Shown here in pieces: positions 45,947-55,786 of a DNA stretch of 64,000 nucleotides. Below the pieces are notes generated by a model. The model saw only the letters and a list, made by a program, of their open reading frames with translations. It was not told the origin of the DNA and ran no database searches. The position numbers and the translations under genes were made by a program. Every line of letters begins with the position of its first letter. Within the stretch, counting starts at the first letter, position 1. This DNA is from Acidobacteriota bacterium. Its GTDB lineage: Bacteria > Actinomycetota > Acidimicrobiia > Acidimicrobiales > CADCSY01. The stretch spans positions 872 through 64,871 of the forward strand of contig JAEKLB010000021.1 in NCBI GenBank assembly GCA_019510095.1, read 5' to 3'.

Positions 45947-46873
45947 ATGGCACCGCCGTCTGCTGGCGAGGACGCCCGGGCCTCTGCCTGGCCGGCGCTG
46001 ACGCTGTCGGAGTGGGACGACACCCGGACGCTGCTGCACCTCTGGACCCAGATCGTCGGCAAGATCCGCATGGGCCTCGAGCCGATGATCAACCACTGGT
46101 GGCAGGTGACGCTCTACGTCTCGGCCCGCGGCCTCACGACGTCACTCATGCCGGCCGGTGACCGTGGCGTGGAGATCGAGCTGGACTTCATCGACCAGGT
46201 GCTCGACCTGCGGGCCACCGACGGCCGCCGGCAGTACATCCCCCTCGAGTCGGGCTCGGTAGCCGAGTACTACTCGTCGATCCTGGCCGCCATGACCGAA
46301 CTGGGGGTGCCGGTCACGATCAACCCGATGCCGTCGGAGATCGTGGCCGCCATCTCGTTCGCCGACGACCACCAGCATCGGACCTATGACCCGGACTGGG
46401 CTCGCCGCTACTGGACCGTGCTGCGCCAGGTCGATCGCCTGCTCGGCCAGTTCCGCAGTGAGTTCATCGGCAAAGCCAGCCCGGTCCACTACTTCTGGGG
46501 CGGCGCCGACCTGGCCACCACCCGGTTCTCGGGACGCACCGCACCGCTGCACCCCGGCGGCGTGCCCAACTGCCCAGACTGGGTGCAGCAGCTCGCCTAC
46601 AGCCACGAGGTGCACAGCTGCGGCTTCTGGCCCGACGGCTCGCCCGAGGGTTCGTTCTACGCCTACGCCTATCCCGCACCGGCGGGGTTCGCCGACTGGC
46701 CGGTGAAGCCGGAAGCCGCCTACTTCGACACGGCCGTGGGCGAGTTCATCCTTCCCTACGCGGCCGTGCGCACCGCGGCCGACCCCGACCAAGCGGTGCT
46801 CGACTTCTGCCGCAGCACCTACGACGCGGCAGCCGAGCTCGCCGAATGGGACCGGGTCGCGCTCGAAGCCTGA
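45947..46873 (+). CDS. Conserved hypothetical protein (DUF5996-like)
   Basis: 'WDDTRTLLHLWTQIVGKIRM...NHWWQVTLYV'. Only 17 nt from the divergent MaoC start. Confidence 0.7.
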   Translation: MAPPSAGEDARASAWPALTLSEWDDTRTLLHLWTQIVGKIRMGLEPMINHWWQVTLYVSARGLTTSLMPAGDRGVEIELDFIDQVLDLRATDGRRQYIPLESGSVAEYYSSILAAMTELGVPVTINPMPSEIVAAISFADDHQHRTYDPDWARRYWTVLRQVDRLLGQFRSEFIGKASPVHYFWGGADLATTRFSGRTAPLHPGGVPNCPDWVQQLAYSHEVHSCGFWPDGSPEGSFYAYAYPAPAGFADWPVKPEAAYFDTAVGEFILPYAAVRTAADPDQAVLDFCRSTYDAAAELAEWDRVALEA

Positions 46874-46874
46874 C

Positions 46875-48068
46875 CTAGTCAGGCAACAGCGGCACGCTGT
46901 CACCGAGATCACGACCGAGCAACACGGCGCGGGTCACCGCGTTCCTTCCGAACCGCTCGCGCAAGTCGTCGATGGTGATGTCGAGCGTGCCGCCGGTGTG
47001 CTTGTCGAACGGCAGCTCGAGCTGGATGGCATCGTCGTCGTCGAGGTTGCCGAGCGCGATGCCGACGAGGGTGAGGCCGCCCCGCTGCTCGATGACGAGC
47101 CGAGCATCCGCCAGCAGCTGCCGGGCGGTGGCAAGCAACGGCTCGGTGTGCTCGGTGGCGCGGGGCAAGGTGTGCGACCGCGTGGCGCGCGACCAGTCGT
47201 CGAACCGCAGCCGGACGGTGACCGTGCGCGTCACACGGCCAGCAGCACGCAGCCGGCCGGCGACCCGGTCGACCAAGGCGACGACGGTGCGGTCGATGTC
47301 GCCTGCCGTCTTCGGTCCGCGTCCCATCGCCCGCTGCGAGCCGATCGATCGCCGCCGCCGGCCGACGTGCACCGGGCGAGGGTCGAGGCCGCGCGCCAGC
47401 GCGTGGAGGTGACGACCGGACGCCCGCCCGAGCATGGCGACGAGAGCCGCCTCGCCGACGTCGGCCACATCGGCGACCGTCGTGATGGCGCGGGCGTGCA
47501 GCTTGGCGGCGGTGATCTCGCCCACACCCCACAGCCGCTCCACCGGCAGGGGGCGCAGGAAGTCGAGCTCGGTGCCGGCCTCGACCACCAGCAAGCCGTC
47601 GGGCTTGCCGACCGCGCTGGCCACCTTGGCCAAGAACTTGGTACACGCCACGCCGACGCTCAGGGGGAGGCCGACCCGCTCACGCACCTCGCGACGGAGC
47701 TTCACCGCGATCTCGGTCGGCGAGCCGGCGATCCGGCGCAGGCCGCCGACGTCGAGGAAGGCCTCGTCGATGGAGAGCGCCTCGACCAGCGGCGTGGTGT
47801 CGTGGAAGACCTCGAAGACCGCCTTGCTGGCCTCGGTGTAGGCCGACATCCGGGGTGGGACCACGATCGCCCGGGGGCACAGCCGCCGAGCCTGGGCGCC
47901 GCCCATCGCCGACCGCACGCCCATGGCCCGAGCCTCGTAGCTGGCGGCCAGCACCACCCCGCCGCCCACGATCACGGGTCGGCCCCGGAGGCGGGGATCG
48001 TCGCGCTGCTCGACCGACGCGTAGAAGGCGTCGAGGTCGGCATGCAGAATCGATGCCTCCGTCGACAC
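46875..48068 (-). CDS. dinB: DNA polymerase IV (Y-family)
   Basis: 'ILHADLDAFYASVEQRDDP', 'SIDEAFLDV'. Confidence 0.92.
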   Translation of the reverse strand: MSTEASILHADLDAFYASVEQRDDPRLRGRPVIVGGGVVLAASYEARAMGVRSAMGGAQARRLCPRAIVVPPRMSAYTEASKAVFEVFHDTTPLVEALSIDEAFLDVGGLRRIAGSPTEIAVKLRREVRERVGLPLSVGVACTKFLAKVASAVGKPDGLLVVEAGTELDFLRPLPVERLWGVGEITAAKLHARAITTVADVADVGEAALVAMLGRASGRHLHALARGLDPRPVHVGRRRRSIGSQRAMGRGPKTAGDIDRTVVALVDRVAGRLRAAGRVTRTVTVRLRFDDWSRATRSHTLPRATEHTEPLLATARQLLADARLVIEQRGGLTLVGIALGNLDDDDAIQLELPFDKHTGGTLDITIDDLRERFGRNAVTRAVLLGRDLGDSVPLLPD

Positions 48069-48124
48069 GAACAGATGTTCGCATGTTGGCGGCGACTCCG
48101 CCAGGGCCCCCTAGGTTCCGCGCC

Positions 48125-48997
48125 ATGGGCATGGCCAGGGACATGGGCTTGGGACGACTCGGCATCTGGACATCGGCACTGGGCAGCCAGCCGCCGTCGG
48201 TGATCCGACGAGCGGCCGCCGAGCTCGACGAGTTGGGTGTCGCCGCGCTCTGGTTGCCGGAGGCGTCCTGGACCGACCCGTTCCTGATCGCCGCCCACGC
48301 GCTGGATGCCACCAAGTCGTTGAAGGTGGCCACCGGCATCGCCAACCTCTACGCCCGCACGGCGCGCGCCATGAGCAACGCGGCCGACGCGCTCGGCGCC
48401 TGGCATCCCGGTCGCTTCATCCTCGGCATCGGCGTGTCCCACCGGCCACTGGTCGAGAACACTCACCATGGCGACTACTCGAGCCCGCTGTCGGCCATGC
48501 GCCAGTACCTCGACGAGCTCGATGACGCGTCCCTCGCCGGCGTGCGGCCCGACCGGGTGCTGGCCGCGGTCGGGCCGAAGATGGTCGAGCTCGCCGCCGA
48601 GCGAGCCGCCGGCGCCCACCCGTACAACATGCCGGCCGCCCACACCGCTGGCGCCCGGGCCGGGTTGGGGCCATCGCCGATCCTGGCGCCCGAGGTGAAG
48701 GTGCTGTTCGAGAAGAGCCCGGACGCGGCGCGTGCCATCGCCCGCAAGAACCTGCCCTTGCGGCTGCCCAACTACGCCAACGGCCTCATCCGGCTCGGCT
48801 TCGACGCCGACGCCGTGGCTCGGGTCGACGACGACGTCGTCGATGCCATCGTCGGATGGGGCGACGACGACACGATCCGCGCCCACATCCAGAGCTATCT
48901 CGACGCCGGCGCCGACCACGTGGCCGTGCAGGTGCTCACCGCCGACGGGCATGTGCCCACCGAGGAGTGGCGACGGGTCGTCGGGCTCTTCGCCTGA
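48125..48997 (+). CDS. LLM-class (luciferase-like) F420-dependent oxidoreductase
   Basis: 'LGIWTSAL...ELGVAALWLPE', 'ILGIGVSH'. The cofactor assignment is by family resemblance only. Confidence 0.75.
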   Translation: MGMARDMGLGRLGIWTSALGSQPPSVIRRAAAELDELGVAALWLPEASWTDPFLIAAHALDATKSLKVATGIANLYARTARAMSNAADALGAWHPGRFILGIGVSHRPLVENTHHGDYSSPLSAMRQYLDELDDASLAGVRPDRVLAAVGPKMVELAAERAAGAHPYNMPAAHTAGARAGLGPSPILAPEVKVLFEKSPDAARAIARKNLPLRLPNYANGLIRLGFDADAVARVDDDVVDAIVGWGDDDTIRAHIQSYLDAGADHVAVQVLTADGHVPTEEWRRVVGLFA

Positions 48998-48998
48998 G

Positions 48999-49829
48999 CT
49001 ACGAAGCCTTCCGTCGTGTGTGCGACGACGACGGCGTTCGCTTCGTCGTCTTCTTGCGCGAGGCGGCCACGCTCGCCTCGAGCGCGGCCATGAGATCGGC
49101 CACCCGCTCGGGCTGCTTGCGCTCGGCGACCTCGATCTCCTTGCCCTGGCCCTTGGCCCGGATCAGCTTGAGGACCCGCGCCCGGTAGGTGTCCTTGTAG
49201 CGGCGCGGGTCCCACGGGGTGGTGAGCGAGTCGATGAGGCGCCCGGCGGTCTGAAGCTCCTTGGGCGAGAACTTCACCTTGCCCGGCACATCGAGCGCCT
49301 TCGGATCGCGAATCTCGTCGTGGAAGTACATCGTCTCCAGCACGAGCACCCGGTCGACAGGGCGAATGCACGCCAGGTATTGCTTGGTCCGCATCACGAA
49401 CCGGCCGATGGCCACCTTCTCGGTGCGGGCCATGGCGTCGCGCAGCAACGCGTAGGGCCTGTCGGCGCCCCGTCCGGTGTCGGGCGTGAGGTAGTAGGCG
49501 TGCTCGAAGTAGATGGGGTCGACCTCGTGCAGGTCGATGAAGTCCTCGATCTCGATGGTGCGGCTCTGGCCGGGCTCGACCGACTCGAGCTCGGCCGGCT
49601 CGACCATGACGTAACGGCCCTTCGACGTCTCGTAGCCCTTGATCACGCGGTCGAAGGACACCTCGCGGTTGGAGCCTTCCGCGACCCGCTTGTTGTGGAT
49701 CCGCTTGCGCGTCTTGGCCTCGAACTGGTGGAAGTGCACGTCCTTCGACTCGGTCGCGGCCAGAAGTCGGATCGGTACGTTCACCAGGCCGAAGCTGATC
49801 GAGCCCGTCCAGATCGCTCGCGGTGCCAT
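48999..49829 (-). CDS. ku: Ku protein (NHEJ DNA-end binding)
   Basis: 'MAPRAIWTGSISFGLVNVPIRLLAAT', basic Lys/Arg C-terminal tail. Confidence 0.9.
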   Translation of the reverse strand: MAPRAIWTGSISFGLVNVPIRLLAATESKDVHFHQFEAKTRKRIHNKRVAEGSNREVSFDRVIKGYETSKGRYVMVEPAELESVEPGQSRTIEIEDFIDLHEVDPIYFEHAYYLTPDTGRGADRPYALLRDAMARTEKVAIGRFVMRTKQYLACIRPVDRVLVLETMYFHDEIRDPKALDVPGKVKFSPKELQTAGRLIDSLTTPWDPRRYKDTYRARVLKLIRAKGQGKEIEVAERKQPERVADLMAALEASVAASRKKTTKRTPSSSHTRRKAS

Positions 49830-49914
49830 CGACCTGGAACGTTTCCCCACGGGCCCGGTCCTGATGCGCGGGCGGAGCTACGGGCGCACTGTGGGGCAGC
49901 GCCGATTCGGGGGC

Positions 49915-50196
49915 ATGCTCTCTGTCGTGAGCGATCTCCATGTGGCGCCCTCCGAGATCACCAGTGATCCCGATCTCGAGCAGGGCCAGGAGCGGCTGAC
50001 CCACATCGTCAAGGCGTCCAAGGCCGACCGCAGCGCCGGCGCCGAGGTCGTGGAGGCCATGGTCACCGGCACCCCGGTGACGGCCTATTGCGGGAAGGTG
50101 TGGGTGCCGTCCCGCGACCCCAAGCGCTACCCGGTCTGCGAGACCTGCATCGAGGAGTACGTCCGCCAGTGGGGCCAGCGCCCACCTGGGGTCTGA
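49915..50196 (+). CDS. DUF3039-like small protein
   Basis: 'TAYCGKVWVPSRDPKRYPVCETC'. Confidence 0.65.
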   Translation: MLSVVSDLHVAPSEITSDPDLEQGQERLTHIVKASKADRSAGAEVVEAMVTGTPVTAYCGKVWVPSRDPKRYPVCETCIEEYVRQWGQRPPGV

Positions 50197-50222
50197 CGCC
50201 GTCAGGATCGCGACAGAAAGAC

Positions 50223-50260
50223 GTAATGACCGACCAGGACCACGGTGACCGGCCGGTAAC
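50223..50260 (+). promoter_or_regulatory. GlnR-like box upstream of allophanate hydrolase
   Basis: GTAAT-n6-CCAGG-n6-GTGAC-cggccg-GTAAC on an 11-bp register. The last pair fits gTnAc-n6-GnAAc. Ends 27 nt before the ATG. Confidence 0.3.
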
Positions 50261-50287
50261 ACGGGCTCCCTACCGTCCGACGCCGTC

Positions 50288-51907
50288 ATGACCGCGTGGA
50301 TCACCGAGGTCGACCCGGCGACGGTCGCCGCCGCCCAGGAGGCCGCCCGCGACCTGCCGTTGGGTGGCGCCCGGCTGGCGGTCAAGGACAACATCGACGT
50401 GGCCGGCCTGCCCACCACCGCTGCCCATCCGGCCTTCGCCCGGGGCGTGGCGGCTCGTTCGGCCGCCGTCGTCGAGCGGTTGGTGGCCGCCGGTGCGGTG
50501 GTGGCCGGCAAGGCCAACCTCGACCAGTTCGCCACCGGGCTGGTGGGCACCCGGTCGCCCTATGGCGCCTGCGCCAACCCGTTCGTCGGCGACCGGATCG
50601 CGGGAGGCTCCAGCTCGGGCACGGCGCTGGCCATCGCCCTGGGGCTGGCCGAGCTCGGGCTCGGCACCGACACCGCCGGCTCCGGCCGGGTGCCCGCCGC
50701 CCTGTGCGGGCTGGTGGGGCTCAAGCCCACACCTGGCCTGCTGCCGGTCTCGGGCGTGGTTCCCGCCTGCCCGTCGCTCGACTGCGTGTCGATCATGGCC
50801 CGCACCCTCACTGATGCCTTCCGCGCCATGGGCATGGCGGCCGGTCCCGACCCCACCGATCCGTGGTCACGGACACCGCCGCTGGGCACGCCGGTGGTGG
50901 GTTCCGGGCCCTTGCGGGTCGGCATCCCCACCGAGGTCGATCTCGACGGGCTCGACGCCTCGGCCCGGGCGGCGTGGAAGACCGCCCTCGGCGACCTGGC
51001 TCGGCTGGGCCCCCTGGTCGAGGTCGACCTGACGCCGTACCTCGACGCCGGCCGACTGGTGTACGGGTCGTTCGTCGCCGAGCGGTGGCTGGCCGTCGGC
51101 GAGTTCCTGGCGGGCCATCCCGAGGGCGCCGACCCCACCGTCGCCTCGATCATCGCGTCGGGCGAAGCCATCAGCGCGGCGCGGCACATCGACGAGCAGC
51201 AGCTCCTGCGTCGGCTGCGGGGAGCCGTGGCCGGCTGGTGGGGCGACATCGACGTGGTGGTCGTGCCCACCGTTGGGGAGGTGCCGACCCTGGCCGACGT
51301 GGCCGCTGACCCGGTTGGGGTCAACAACCGCCTGGGGCGGTTCACCACCGGCTGCAACCCACTCGACCTGTGCGCGGCCGCGGCGCCGGCTGGCACCCGC
51401 GATGACGGCGTGCCCTTCGGCGTCACCTTCCTGGGGCCGGCCTTCGCCGACCCGTTGGTGGCCGCTGCCGCCGCCCGGTTGCTCGGCGAGCCCGATCCGG
51501 CGCCGCCGCCGTGGACCGGATGGACCACCGTCGCCGTGGTCGGCGCCCACCTCAGCGGCCAGCCACTCAACGGCCAGCTCACCGAGCGCGGGGGCCGACT
51601 CCTGCGCACGACGACCACCAGCGAGCGCTACCGGCTGGCGGCGCTGCCCACCACCCCCGCCAAGCCGGGCATGACCCGCGTCGCCGACGGCGAGGTCGGC
51701 GCGGCCATCGAGGTCGAGGTGTGGGCGCTGCCCATCGACGGCTTCGGCGACTTCGTCCGGCTGATCCCGAGCCCCCTCCTGATCGGCACGGTCGAGCTGG
51801 CCGACGGCTCGACCACGCCCGGCTTCCTGTGCGAGTCGTGGGCCGTCGCCGACGCCCCCGACATCACGTCGTACGGCGGCTGGCGCCGCTACCTCGCCGG
51901 CACCTAA
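50288..51907 (+). CDS. Allophanate hydrolase (amidase-signature domain + C-terminal domain)
   Basis: '[10 protein letters not shown]', '[12 protein letters not shown]', '[12 protein letters not shown]', C-terminal 'GFLCE' region. Confidence 0.85.
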   Translation: MTAWITEVDPATVAAAQEAARDLPLGGARLAVKDNIDVAGLPTTAAHPAFARGVAARSAAVVERLVAAGAVVAGKANLDQFATGLVGTRSPYGACANPFVGDRIAGGSSSGTALAIALGLAELGLGTDTAGSGRVPAALCGLVGLKPTPGLLPVSGVVPACPSLDCVSIMARTLTDAFRAMGMAAGPDPTDPWSRTPPLGTPVVGSGPLRVGIPTEVDLDGLDASARAAWKTALGDLARLGPLVEVDLTPYLDAGRLVYGSFVAERWLAVGEFLAGHPEGADPTVASIIASGEAISAARHIDEQQLLRRLRGAVAGWWGDIDVVVVPTVGEVPTLADVAADPVGVNNRLGRFTTGCNPLDLCAAAAPAGTRDDGVPFGVTFLGPAFADPLVAAAAARLLGEPDPAPPPWTGWTTVAVVGAHLSGQPLNGQLTERGGRLLRTTTTSERYRLAALPTTPAKPGMTRVADGEVGAAIEVEVWALPIDGFGDFVRLIPSPLLIGTVELADGSTTPGFLCESWAVADAPDITSYGGWRRYLAGT

Positions 51908-51909
51908 CT

Positions 51910-51961
51910 CGTTCTGGCAGGGAAATCCGGACGGCACGGTCCGGTTTTCCCTGCCAGAACG
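51910..51961 (+). terminator. 52-nt near-perfect hairpin (22-bp stem, one T-T mismatch)
   Basis: CGTTCTGGCAGGGAAA-t-CCGGAC-ggcacg-GTCCGG-t-TTTCCCTGCCAGAACG, starting 3 nt after the stop codon. Confidence 0.6.
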
Positions 51962-52010
51962 GATCACGGCGGGTGGGAACTTGTCGAGCGGCCCCGACGT
52001 TGTCGGCGTG

Positions 52011-53414
52011 ATGCGAACGGCGTGGCTCGGAGCACTGGCGGCAGCGGTGGGCATCGTGGCCGGCGCCTCGTACGTCCCCGTGATCGCGTCGGCCCCAGCG
52101 GCCACCCGGCCCGGGCGGGGCATCGAGCGCATCCGCCATGTGGTGGTGGTCATGCAGGAGAACCGCTCCTTCGACTCCTACTTCGGCACCTATCCGGGGG
52201 CCGATGGCATCCCGAAGGCCACGTGCTTGCCGAGCACGGCCGGCGGCTGCCTCCGGCCGTACCACGACACCGCCGATGCATCGAAGGGTGGGCCGCATGG
52301 CGCGGCCAGCCTGCAGGCGGATCTCGACGGTGGCCGGATGGACGGTTTCGTGCGCACGGCCGAGCTGGGCAAGCTCGGCTGCGTCAACGTGGCGAACCCC
52401 GTGTGCCGGCGACCCGGTCCGCCCGATGTGCTCGGCTGGCACGACCGGCGTGACATCCGCAACTACTGGGACTACGCCAAGCACTACGTGCTGCAGGACC
52501 ACCTGTTCCAACCGAGCGCGTCATGGTCGCTGCCCGAGCATCTCTTCCTCGTGTCGGAGTGGTCGGCCCGTTGCCAGGACAGCCAAGCGTCGAGCTGCGT
52601 CAACGACGACACCCGACCGCTGACACCGCCCGGCGCCGGTGACCGCGGGTTCGCGTCCGCCCGAGCGGCGCGTGGCCCGTTCTACGCCTGGACCGACCTG
52701 ACCTATCTCCTCGATCGGAAGCACGTGTCGTGGGGCTACTACGTCGCGCCCGGGTCGGAGCCCGATTGCGAGGACGACGAAGCGGTGGCCTGCCCCTCCG
52801 TGCCGCAGTCGGCCCGCACTCCAGGGATCTGGAACCCCCTGCCGTGGTTCGAGACCGTCCGCGACCACGGCGAGCTCGGTCGCATCCAGCCAGTCGACCA
52901 GTTCGTGCGCCAGGCGGAGCGCGGTCAGCTGCCGGCTGTGTCGTGGGTGGTGCCCAGCGAGGAGGTGAGCGAGCACCCACCGGCCCGCATCAGCGCGGGC
53001 CAGTCGCACGTCACCCGACTCATCAACGCGGTGATGCGAGGACCGGCCTGGCGCTCGACCGCCATCTTCCTGGCATGGGACGACTGGGGCGGGTTCTACG
53101 ACCACGTCGTGCCGCCGAAGGTGGATCCCAACGGCTACGGGCCCCGCGTGCCCGGCCTGGTCATCAGCCCGTACGCCAAGCGGGGGGTGGTCGACCACCA
53201 GGTCCTGTCGTTCGACGCCTACGCCAAGTTCATCGAGGACGACTTCCTCGGGGGCGCCCGCCTCGATCCCCGGACCGATGGCCGCCCCGATCCCCGTCCC
53301 GACGTGCGGGAGGACGCGCCGATGCTCGGCGACCTACGCCACGACTTCGACTTCCAGCAACGGCCGCGACCACCGCTGTTGCTGCCGGTGCACCCTCGCA
53401 CCGATCTGCGGTAG
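52011..53414 (+). CDS. Phosphoesterase-family protein (phospholipase C / AcpA-type), secreted
   Basis: '[23 protein letters not shown]', '[11 protein letters not shown]'. N-terminal signal. Confidence 0.8.
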   Translation: MRTAWLGALAAAVGIVAGASYVPVIASAPAATRPGRGIERIRHVVVVMQENRSFDSYFGTYPGADGIPKATCLPSTAGGCLRPYHDTADASKGGPHGAASLQADLDGGRMDGFVRTAELGKLGCVNVANPVCRRPGPPDVLGWHDRRDIRNYWDYAKHYVLQDHLFQPSASWSLPEHLFLVSEWSARCQDSQASSCVNDDTRPLTPPGAGDRGFASARAARGPFYAWTDLTYLLDRKHVSWGYYVAPGSEPDCEDDEAVACPSVPQSARTPGIWNPLPWFETVRDHGELGRIQPVDQFVRQAERGQLPAVSWVVPSEEVSEHPPARISAGQSHVTRLINAVMRGPAWRSTAIFLAWDDWGGFYDHVVPPKVDPNGYGPRVPGLVISPYAKRGVVDHQVLSFDAYAKFIEDDFLGGARLDPRTDGRPDPRPDVREDAPMLGDLRHDFDFQQRPRPPLLLPVHPRTDLR

Positions 53415-53427
53415 TTCGGTCGGTGCG

Positions 53428-54663
53428 CTACCAGACCAACGGGAAGTGGTGCGGGGCGCGGGGGTTGCCGCTGTAGACGAGCTCGACGCCGTCCTTGATC
53501 CGGTAGTTGGGGATGCGGTCGTGCCACGCCTGCATGGCGACCACCATCTCCATGCGGGCGAGATGGGAGCCGAGGCACCGGTGCCAACCGCTGGCGAAGC
53601 CGATGTGCTTGTTGGGCGTGCGGTTGAGGTCGACCTCCAGCGGATTCGGGAAGACCGCCGGGTCGAGGTTGGCCGAGGACCACGAGATGTGCATCGTCGT
53701 GCCGGCCTTGATCTTCTCGCCGCACGGCAGCTCGAGATCGGTCAGCGCGATGCGACTGCCGTCGGTGACCGGCGACTCGTAGCGCATGAGCTCCTCGACC
53801 GCGTTGGGCCACAACGCCGGGTTGTCGAGCATCGTCTGGCGCTGCTCGGGGAAGCGGGCGAAGTAGCTGAGGAAGTCGGCCAGCGATGCCGCCACGGTGT
53901 CGAGGCCGGCGATGATCAGGAGGCCGAGGATGTCGAGGATCTCCTCGCGGTTGAGCTTGTGTCCGTCGACCTCGGTGGTCATGAGCCACCCGAGCATGTT
54001 GTCGCCCGGGTCGCCGCTCTTCTCACGGCGATCGAGGTCGTCGTTGAAGTAGCCATGGATCCACTCGACCGCCTCGGCCCGCATGGCAGTCCGCTGCTCG
54101 AGGGTGACCGCCTCGACGGCCGAGTTCGTGAGCGTGAGGTTCTTGAAGTTGAGGAATCCGGGCAGGTCCTCCTCGGGCAGGCCCATGATCCGCAGGAAGA
54201 TCGTCGACGGCAGCGGCTCGCACCAATCGGTGTAGGCATCGACCTCGCCATCAGCGATGAAGCCGTCGATCATCTCGTTGGCGAGGTCGCGAACGCTGTC
54301 GGCCAACGGTGCCACCCGCTTGGCGGTGAACACCGGGTCGAGGAGGCGGCGGTACTTCGTGTGCTCGGGCCCGTCGAGGCCGAGCGGGATGGCCGGCCGG
54401 CTGCTGCCGAGGAACTTCGTCGCCTGCTCGACATCGCGGTGCTTGTTGACCCAGAGGATGTCCTCCATACGGAGCAGGGTCACGTGGCCGTCGTCGCGAA
54501 CGATGGGCGCCTCGGCTTGCAGGCCGAGGTACATCTCCATCGGCTCGATGCTCGCCCGCGCCTTGGCCCGGTCGGGTTCGCCCCACGCCGGGTTGATGCC
54601 GTACGCCGCCGACCGTGCTCGCGCCGCGGCGTTGTCGTCCTTGACGTCTTGGACGTCGGTCAT
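53428..54663 (-). CDS. Cytochrome P450
   Basis: Heme loop 'FASGWHRCLGSHLA', 'EELMRYESP' (ExxR). Confidence 0.9.
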   Translation of the reverse strand: MTDVQDVKDDNAAARARSAAYGINPAWGEPDRAKARASIEPMEMYLGLQAEAPIVRDDGHVTLLRMEDILWVNKHRDVEQATKFLGSSRPAIPLGLDGPEHTKYRRLLDPVFTAKRVAPLADSVRDLANEMIDGFIADGEVDAYTDWCEPLPSTIFLRIMGLPEEDLPGFLNFKNLTLTNSAVEAVTLEQRTAMRAEAVEWIHGYFNDDLDRREKSGDPGDNMLGWLMTTEVDGHKLNREEILDILGLLIIAGLDTVAASLADFLSYFARFPEQRQTMLDNPALWPNAVEELMRYESPVTDGSRIALTDLELPCGEKIKAGTTMHISWSSANLDPAVFPNPLEVDLNRTPNKHIGFASGWHRCLGSHLARMEMVVAMQAWHDRIPNYRIKDGVELVYSGNPRAPHHFPLVW

Positions 54664-54725
54664 GCCGAACCCCCTGCTCTCGCTTACATGCACACTGTAT
54701 GTGCGATGGCGAGGAGAATGCGACG

Positions 54726-55592
54726 GTGACCCTCCTGGCCTCGCTGCCGAGTCCCTCGTCGAACGCCATTCACATCGGCGCCTTCCAGCTCCGTGCCTAC
54801 GGGCTGATGATCGCCATCGGCGTCATCGCCGCGGTGGCGATCGCCAGGCGGCGCTGGGCGGCGACCGGCGGCAACCCCGACGACATCTCGGCCATCGCGA
54901 CGTGGGGCGTGCCGGCCGGTTTGGTGGGGGCCCGCCTCTACCACGTCATCACCGACTACAGAACCTTCGAAGGCCATTGGGGCGACGCCGTGAAGGTGTG
55001 GCAAGGAGGCCTCGGGATCCCCGGCGGCCTCGTGGTCGGTGTCGGCGTCGGCGCGTGGGCGGCCCGCCGGCGGGGCATGTCGCTGCCAGCGGTGCTCGAC
55101 ACCATCGCGCCGGCCATCCCCGTCGCCCAGGCCATCGGCCGCCTGGGGAACTGGTTCAACCAGGAGCTGTTCGGGCGGCCGTCGGGCCTGCCGTGGGCGC
55201 TGCACATCGACGCCGACCACCGGCCCGAGGGTTACGAGCGGTTCGCGACCTACCACCCGACGTTCCTCTACGAGGCGCTCTGGAACCTCGCCCTCGCCGG
55301 CCTCCTCGTCTGGCTCGGCCACCGTCACCGCCTGCGTCGTGGGCAGCTCTTCTGCCTCTACGTGGCCGGCTACGGGTTGGGCCGGCTGTGGGTCGAGGCC
55401 CTCCGGATCGACTTCGCCAGTCGGATCCTCGGCGTGCGGGTCAACATCTGGGTGAGCGGTGCGGCGATCATCGGTGGCCTCGTTGCCTTCGTCGTCACCG
55501 GACGGCGCCAGCGGCACCGGGTCGAGGATCAGGCGGCCTCCGGCCCATCCTCGCCGTCATCGTCGCCGTCGCCGGAGGTGTCCACCGACTGA
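54726..55592 (+). CDS. lgt: Prolipoprotein diacylglyceryl transferase
   Basis: 'LRAYGLMIAIG', 'GARLYHV', 'WQGGLGIPGG', 'GRLGNWFNQELFG'. GTG 54726 has GAGGAG 9 nt upstream. Alternative ATG at 54699. Confidence 0.88.
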   Translation: MTLLASLPSPSSNAIHIGAFQLRAYGLMIAIGVIAAVAIARRRWAATGGNPDDISAIATWGVPAGLVGARLYHVITDYRTFEGHWGDAVKVWQGGLGIPGGLVVGVGVGAWAARRRGMSLPAVLDTIAPAIPVAQAIGRLGNWFNQELFGRPSGLPWALHIDADHRPEGYERFATYHPTFLYEALWNLALAGLLVWLGHRHRLRRGQLFCLYVAGYGLGRLWVEALRIDFASRILGVRVNIWVSGAAIIGGLVAFVVTGRRQRHRVEDQAASGPSSPSSSPSPEVSTD

Positions 55593-55747
55593 GCGTCTGC
55601 CGCCCGCCGTTCCCGGCGGTCGGCGATGTCGAGTGCCAGCTTGGCCCGCTCGAGGTCGAGGGGATAGCGCAAGGCGAGATGGCGCCGGACGGCGCGGTCG
55701 TCGAAGGCGATGGCGAGAGCGGCAGCGACGCTTCGGTCCGTGGTCAC
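55529..55747 (-). CDS. Possible 72-aa acidic-tailed hypothetical protein
   Basis: Strong G/C third-position bias. Overlaps the lgt 3' end by 64 nt on the opposite strand. No family recognised. Confidence 0.35.
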   Translation of the reverse strand: MTTDRSVAAALAIAFDDRAVRRHLALRYPLDLERAKLALDIADRRERRAADAQSVDTSGDGDDDGEDGPEAA

Positions 55748-55773
55748 GCCGCGCCCCTACCCGCGTGCCACGC

Positions 55774-55786
55774 TGGCGACTCGTGG
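55774..55786. repeat. 13-nt fragment identical to the REP-like left arm
   Basis: TGGCGACTCGTGG matches copy 1 exactly (3808-3820). Overlaps the MazG-like GTG start. Confidence 0.3.

Noticed and set aside
50194-50287. Direct repeat GACGCCGTCA flanking the 91-nt gap before allophanate hydrolase (possible insertion scar).
   Set aside because: Each 10-mer overlaps a gene boundary (stop of the DUF3039 gene, start of the hydrolase). Nothing mobile lies between them, so this is likely coincidence.
54690-54704. Inverted repeat GCACA-N5-TGTGC in the P450/lgt intergenic region as an operator.
   Set aside because: The arms are only 5 bp, which is expected by chance, and it overlaps a discarded alternative lgt start.
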